A DNA stretch of 11,851 nt from Candidatus Krumholzibacteriia bacterium. Lineage in GTDB: Bacteria; Krumholzibacteriota; Krumholzibacteriia; WVZY01. The stretch spans positions 1 through 11,851 of the forward strand of contig JAZGDW010000241.1 in NCBI GenBank assembly GCA_036478295.1, in the 5' to 3' direction. A program made the position numbers and the translations under genes. This document shows positions 8,532 through 11,851 of the stretch, in pieces. The notes under the pieces are model-generated. The model was not told the origin of the DNA and made no database searches. It saw only the letters and a list, made by a program, of their open reading frames with translations. The first letter of the stretch is position 1. Each line of letters opens with the position of its first letter.

Positions 8532-8720
8532 ATGGCATACAAGATCACCGATACATGCACCGCGTGCGATCTCTGTGTGGAGGAATGTCCAATCACCGCG
8601 ATTTCGGTCGGTGATCCGATTTATGTGATCGACCATACGTGCAGTGATTTCAAGGAATGCCTGGTTGTGTGCCCTGTCGACGCGATCGTCGTCGTCGAGG
8701 ACAAGAAACCGGATTCGTGA
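8532..8720 (+). CDS. Small dicluster-type ferredoxin with 7 Cys
   Basis: MAYKITDTCTACDLCVEECP...YVID.TCSDFKECLVVCPVDAI follows the clostridial-type ferredoxin pattern. The second motif has Phe in place of its middle Cys. Confidence 0.9.
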   Translation: MAYKITDTCTACDLCVEECPITAISVGDPIYVIDHTCSDFKECLVVCPVDAIVVVEDKKPDS

Positions 8721-8727
8721 GCTGCCC

Positions 8728-9351
8728 ATGAGATACTCCCATATCACCCCGGAAACCCTCGCTGATTTCATCACCCGGCTCGACGCCGCGTTTGGCAGGC
8801 CCGGGAGCCTGTACCTCATTGGTGAGACGACGCAGGTGTTCGAGGGGTGGCGCCGGTGGACCACGCAGATCGAATTCACTGCAGAGGTTGCCCCGCAAGA
8901 TCGTGAACACTTCTCCCGCGTCGTCCGGGTACTCCGGGAGCAAACGGGTGTCAGGGTTTTCGATGAATCGCCCGGCGATGTCGTCCCGCTGCCCGATGGA
9001 TACGAGACCCGCGCTCGCCCGGCCGGCATGGGCGAGCGTCCAATCGGCGGGACGTTCGTGGGAGACGGTACGCTCGACCATTTGAAACTCTTCCACTTCG
9101 ATCCCTACAGTGTAGCCTTCCGGTTCATCGCCCGGGGCGACGAGCCGGACTACCATCTGGTCCTGACGTTCCTGGAGCAAGGGTGGGTGACGGTGGCAGA
9201 GATGAACGCCAAACTGGAGGAACTGCTCCCTCGCTTTACGGCCGAATCCATTCAGCAGGACCCGGCGGAATTCCGCCGCAAGTGTAAAGGTCTGCTGCAG
9301 ATGTGGCACAGCGGACGACCGCGCGCCACACATCGGATGACGACGGTCTGA
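8728..9351 (+). CDS. DUF6036-like nucleotidyltransferase-fold protein with a degenerate active site
   Basis: LYLIGETT..FEGWRRWTTQIEF, ESPGDVVPLPDGYETRA and HFDPYSVA..IARG.EPD resemble the DUF6036 pattern as I recall it (xYLxGG...WRxxTxDID; SPxDFIPLPxGWxxR; DPYSxALSK). Start at the ATG at 8728, 7 nt after the ferredoxin stop. Confidence 0.65.
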   Translation: MRYSHITPETLADFITRLDAAFGRPGSLYLIGETTQVFEGWRRWTTQIEFTAEVAPQDREHFSRVVRVLREQTGVRVFDESPGDVVPLPDGYETRARPAGMGERPIGGTFVGDGTLDHLKLFHFDPYSVAFRFIARGDEPDYHLVLTFLEQGWVTVAEMNAKLEELLPRFTAESIQQDPAEFRRKCKGLLQMWHSGRPRATHRMTTV

Positions 9352-9394
9352 TGAAAAAGCGAATGGACCCGAAGGGGACTGGAGCCGCGCCAAC

Positions 9395-9766
9395 ATGCAC
9401 GAAGAGGTCCCGGACATAAACTGGAACGAGTTACAATTCCTGAGCTGGGGTGAATTCAAACACACGGTTCCGTCTATCCTTCAACTGGAGGTGACCCGGC
9501 TCGGCAAGTTGATGGGGGTCTTCTCGGGGGATACGGATCTACACAACAGCGTTGTACGCGCGCGGTTCGCCTTGAAGCAGTTTATTTCTTGCGTGGAACG
9601 GTCGCAAAGGGACGCTCTGGAAGAAAGTAGTAGCGCTCACCTTCGCACGGCGATTATGAATTTGTCATTTCCGCCGCGAGACCTGGACGCGCAAACGAAA
9701 GAGACGCTCAGCTATGTTCTCGACAGGTTGAACTACGTTTACTGCAGGATCGGCCTCATCTATTAG
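9395..9766 (+). CDS. Hypothetical protein, 123 aa, probably all-helical
   Basis: GGAG RBS 10 nt upstream. It fills the gap between co-oriented genes and shows amphipathic helical patterning. No family recognised. Confidence 0.7.
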   Translation: MHEEVPDINWNELQFLSWGEFKHTVPSILQLEVTRLGKLMGVFSGDTDLHNSVVRARFALKQFISCVERSQRDALEESSSAHLRTAIMNLSFPPRDLDAQTKETLSYVLDRLNYVYCRIGLIY

Positions 9767-9782
9767 TCCGAAGGAGGACTGC

Positions 9783-11714
9783 ATGTACCAGAAGATCTTT
9801 GTCCCCGTCGATAATTCCGAGCACTCCATGGCTTGCATCGATGTGGCCGTCCACCTGACAAAAAAATTCGATGGCAGTCTCGTGGGCAGCCATGCCTACG
9901 CGGCCAAGCTGCACGACTACCGGTTCAAACAGATGGAGTTTACGCTGCCGGATGAATATCTTGTCGAGGGCGAGATGGAGAAACAACGGAAAACTCACGA
10001 CACTTTGATTTCCATGGGTCTGGAGTTGATCTCGGATTCCTATCTCGTGGTCATGGAGGAGAAGTGCAAGGAGGCCAACCTTCCTTTCGAGCCGAAGATG
10101 TACGACGGCAAGAATTTCAAGATCATCGTGGAGGATATCAACGAGAGTGACTACGATCTCGTTGTGATCGGCGCCCTTGGCCTGGGTGCCGTGCGGGATA
10201 GCTTGATCGGCAGCGTCTGTGAGCGAGTGGTCCGCAGGGTAAAAACCGATACGCTCGTTATCAAGAACACGGCGCCGATCGAGGAACAGATGCGAGCGAA
10301 CGGAAACGGGCAGGGTGAACATGGAGGCGGTATCCTGGTGGGCCTGGACGGCAGCCCCGAGTCTTTTGCCGGCTTGAAAACAGCTCTGGCGTTGGGCAAG
10401 GCTCTGAACAAGGAAGTCGAAGCCGTGTCCGTGTATGATCCGTATCTGCATTATGCGATGTTCAACAGCCTCGTCAACGTGCTCACCGAGAAGGCAGCCA
10501 AAGTATTCAAGTTCGCGGACCAGGAACAGCTGCACGAGGAGGTCATCGACACTGGGCTCGCCAAGATATACCAATCCCACCTCGAGGTGGCCCGGCGTAT
10601 GGCGGAAGAGGACGGGGTCGATTTGAAGATCACGCTGCTCGACGGGAAAGCGTTCGAAAAGATGCTCCATTATGTGCGCAGGGAGAAGCCCTGGCTCTTC
10701 GTACTGGGAAGGATCGGGGTCCACAGTGATGAGGATATGGACATCGGCAGTAACACGGAAAACCTTCTCCGGATGGTGCCGTGTAACGTCTTGCTTTCGA
10801 GCCAGAGGCATACGCCGCCCCTGGACGTCAGGGCGGAGGAATCCATGTCGTGGACGGAACCGGCCACCCGACTGGTGAACCGGGCGCCCGGCTTCGCGCG
10901 CGGTATCGCTCGCACCGCCGTCAACCGCTGGGCCATGGAACGGGGTCATTCCGTGATTACCTCGAAGATTGTCGAACAGACCATGTCGACCATGCTGCCC
11001 CAATCCGCCATGCAGTCGATGGGGATCGTTGCGGAGGACTACGCCAAGGAGAAAATTGATTTCGAGACGACTGAGACGTACGTGTGCAGCGTGTGCGGTT
11101 ATGCTTCACGCGGGATCAAACCGGCGGTCTGCCGGGTATGCGATGCGCCGGCCGATAAGTTCCAGCAGCTGGACAAGGAAGCCATCAAGAACCTCATCCC
11201 GTTGGAGGGTGGCGTCGAAGAGGAAGAAACCTTCGACAACGTGAAGTTGAAATGGACGGCCGACGCAAGGGAAGCCCTGCGCGAGGTGCCCGCAGGGTAT
11301 CAAAGAAGACGGGCGCGGGCGCAGATTGAGAAAAGCGCACGCATGAAAGGGGTCTCAACGATCACCAAAGACCTGGTGCTGGAAGTGGCTGGGGTGACCA
11401 TGGAGGATACCAAGAACCTGGAGGAACCCGGCAAGCTGAGCAAAACCGCCGTCGTCGCAGAGGAGGGTCCGCACGACGGGCAGGAACTCGTCAAGGACGG
11501 CAAATTCTCGTGGACCGCTGAAGCGATGGTCAGGCTGAATCGCGTTCCCGAGGGATTCATGCGCAACATTACCAAGGGCCGGATCGAAACGTGCGCGGAG
11601 TCGAAAGGTGTCGAGGTAATCACACTCGCCGTCGCCGAGGAAGGCATCGCCGTGGGCCGCAAGATGATGGAAGAGATGGTCAGCGATTACAAAAAGAACG
11701 GGCGAGTCAGTTAG
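9783..11714 (+). CDS. Multidomain universal stress protein: USP-USP-PCP_red-rubredoxin-PCP_red-PCP_red
   Basis: AAGGAGG RBS. Two USP domains (KIFVPVDNSEHS; ILVGLDGSPES), each with a G-x2-G-x9-GS ATP-binding motif. Rubredoxin-like YVCSVCGY...PAVCRVCDAPADKF. Three W-T-x-x-A...P...IT PCP_red-like repeats. Confidence 0.88.
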   Translation: MYQKIFVPVDNSEHSMACIDVAVHLTKKFDGSLVGSHAYAAKLHDYRFKQMEFTLPDEYLVEGEMEKQRKTHDTLISMGLELISDSYLVVMEEKCKEANLPFEPKMYDGKNFKIIVEDINESDYDLVVIGALGLGAVRDSLIGSVCERVVRRVKTDTLVIKNTAPIEEQMRANGNGQGEHGGGILVGLDGSPESFAGLKTALALGKALNKEVEAVSVYDPYLHYAMFNSLVNVLTEKAAKVFKFADQEQLHEEVIDTGLAKIYQSHLEVARRMAEEDGVDLKITLLDGKAFEKMLHYVRREKPWLFVLGRIGVHSDEDMDIGSNTENLLRMVPCNVLLSSQRHTPPLDVRAEESMSWTEPATRLVNRAPGFARGIARTAVNRWAMERGHSVITSKIVEQTMSTMLPQSAMQSMGIVAEDYAKEKIDFETTETYVCSVCGYASRGIKPAVCRVCDAPADKFQQLDKEAIKNLIPLEGGVEEEETFDNVKLKWTADAREALREVPAGYQRRRARAQIEKSARMKGVSTITKDLVLEVAGVTMEDTKNLEEPGKLSKTAVVAEEGPHDGQELVKDGKFSWTAEAMVRLNRVPEGFMRNITKGRIETCAESKGVEVITLAVAEEGIAVGRKMMEEMVSDYKKNGRVS

Positions 11715-11720
11715 CGCCGC

Positions 11721-11851
11721 GGTCCATATCTTGTCGCCAGGTGTCACGCCGTGAGGCGAGGATCGCGCGAAGGTAGCGCGGGTGGCAGCGAACGGGCGCC
11801 CGGCCGCGCGCAGCTTGCGAGCACGGACGGGCTGTTCGCTGACAGGACCCG
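11721..11851. repeat. Palindrome-rich extragenic element (REP/MITE-like or structured 3' end)
   Basis: CAGCGAAC (11786-11793) pairs with GTTCGCTG (11834-11841), GCCCG with CGGGC, and CGGGT with ACCCG. There is a CGCC-GTGA-GGCG GNRA hairpin at 11747-11758 and imperfect terminal IRs TCTTGTCG...TGACAGGA. Confidence 0.35.

Noticed and set aside
8718..9354. Selenocysteine or readthrough at TGA stops (ferredoxin 8718-8720; TGATGA at 9349-9354)
   Set aside because: The stops fall at natural domain ends rather than at Cys-equivalent positions. The next gene is in a different frame or has its own RBS.
6340..9766. RiPP cluster interpretation of the SPASM enzyme
   Set aside because: No plausible precursor peptide, PqqD/RRE domain, protease or exporter is visible. 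The motifs fit the Ahb/NirJ tetrapyrrole branch better. A distant precursor cannot be fully excluded.
8728..9766. Toxin-antitoxin (NTase/HEPN or AbiE-like) pair
   Set aside because: The NTase catalytic residues are degenerate, and the neighbour shows no clear HEPN R-x4-6-H motif in context and no HTH.
8650..11003. Minus-strand ORFs 8650-9465 (271 aa) and 9756-11003 (415 aa)
   Set aside because: Antisense shadows of well-supported plus-strand genes, with no recognisable domains.
7477..11645. Photosynthesis or chlorophyll synthesis implied by the PCP_red domains
   Set aside because: Only the ~46-aa tail module is present. There are no nitrogenase-like BchN/BchB/BchL catalytic domains in the window.

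Overview
GC-rich bacterial window with two divergent operons around a ~570-bp control region. Leftward (minus strand): a lipoprotein with a cupredoxin-like H...CxxHxxM motif, then cytochrome c oxidase subunits II, I (A1 type), III and IV, an SCO copper chaperone and a Cys-less heme A synthase that runs off the left edge. Rightward (plus strand): a six-gene cluster with no function I can assign. It encodes an AhbD/NirJ2-like radical SAM/SPASM enzyme with a C-terminal PCP_red-like (DPOR BchB/ChlB tail) domain, a PNPOx-like split-barrel protein, a 7-Cys ferredoxin, a degenerate DUF6036-like nucleotidyltransferase, a 123-aa hypothetical protein, and a 643-aa USP-USP-PCP_red-rubredoxin-PCP_red-PCP_red protein. 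Each USP domain carries a matching His-x27-His insert. The intergenic region holds an FNR-like box and two Rex/CRP-like boxes. The best candidate for an undescribed system is this PCP_red-linked redox/tetrapyrrole module. All family calls come from motif recognition by eye; no database search was run.
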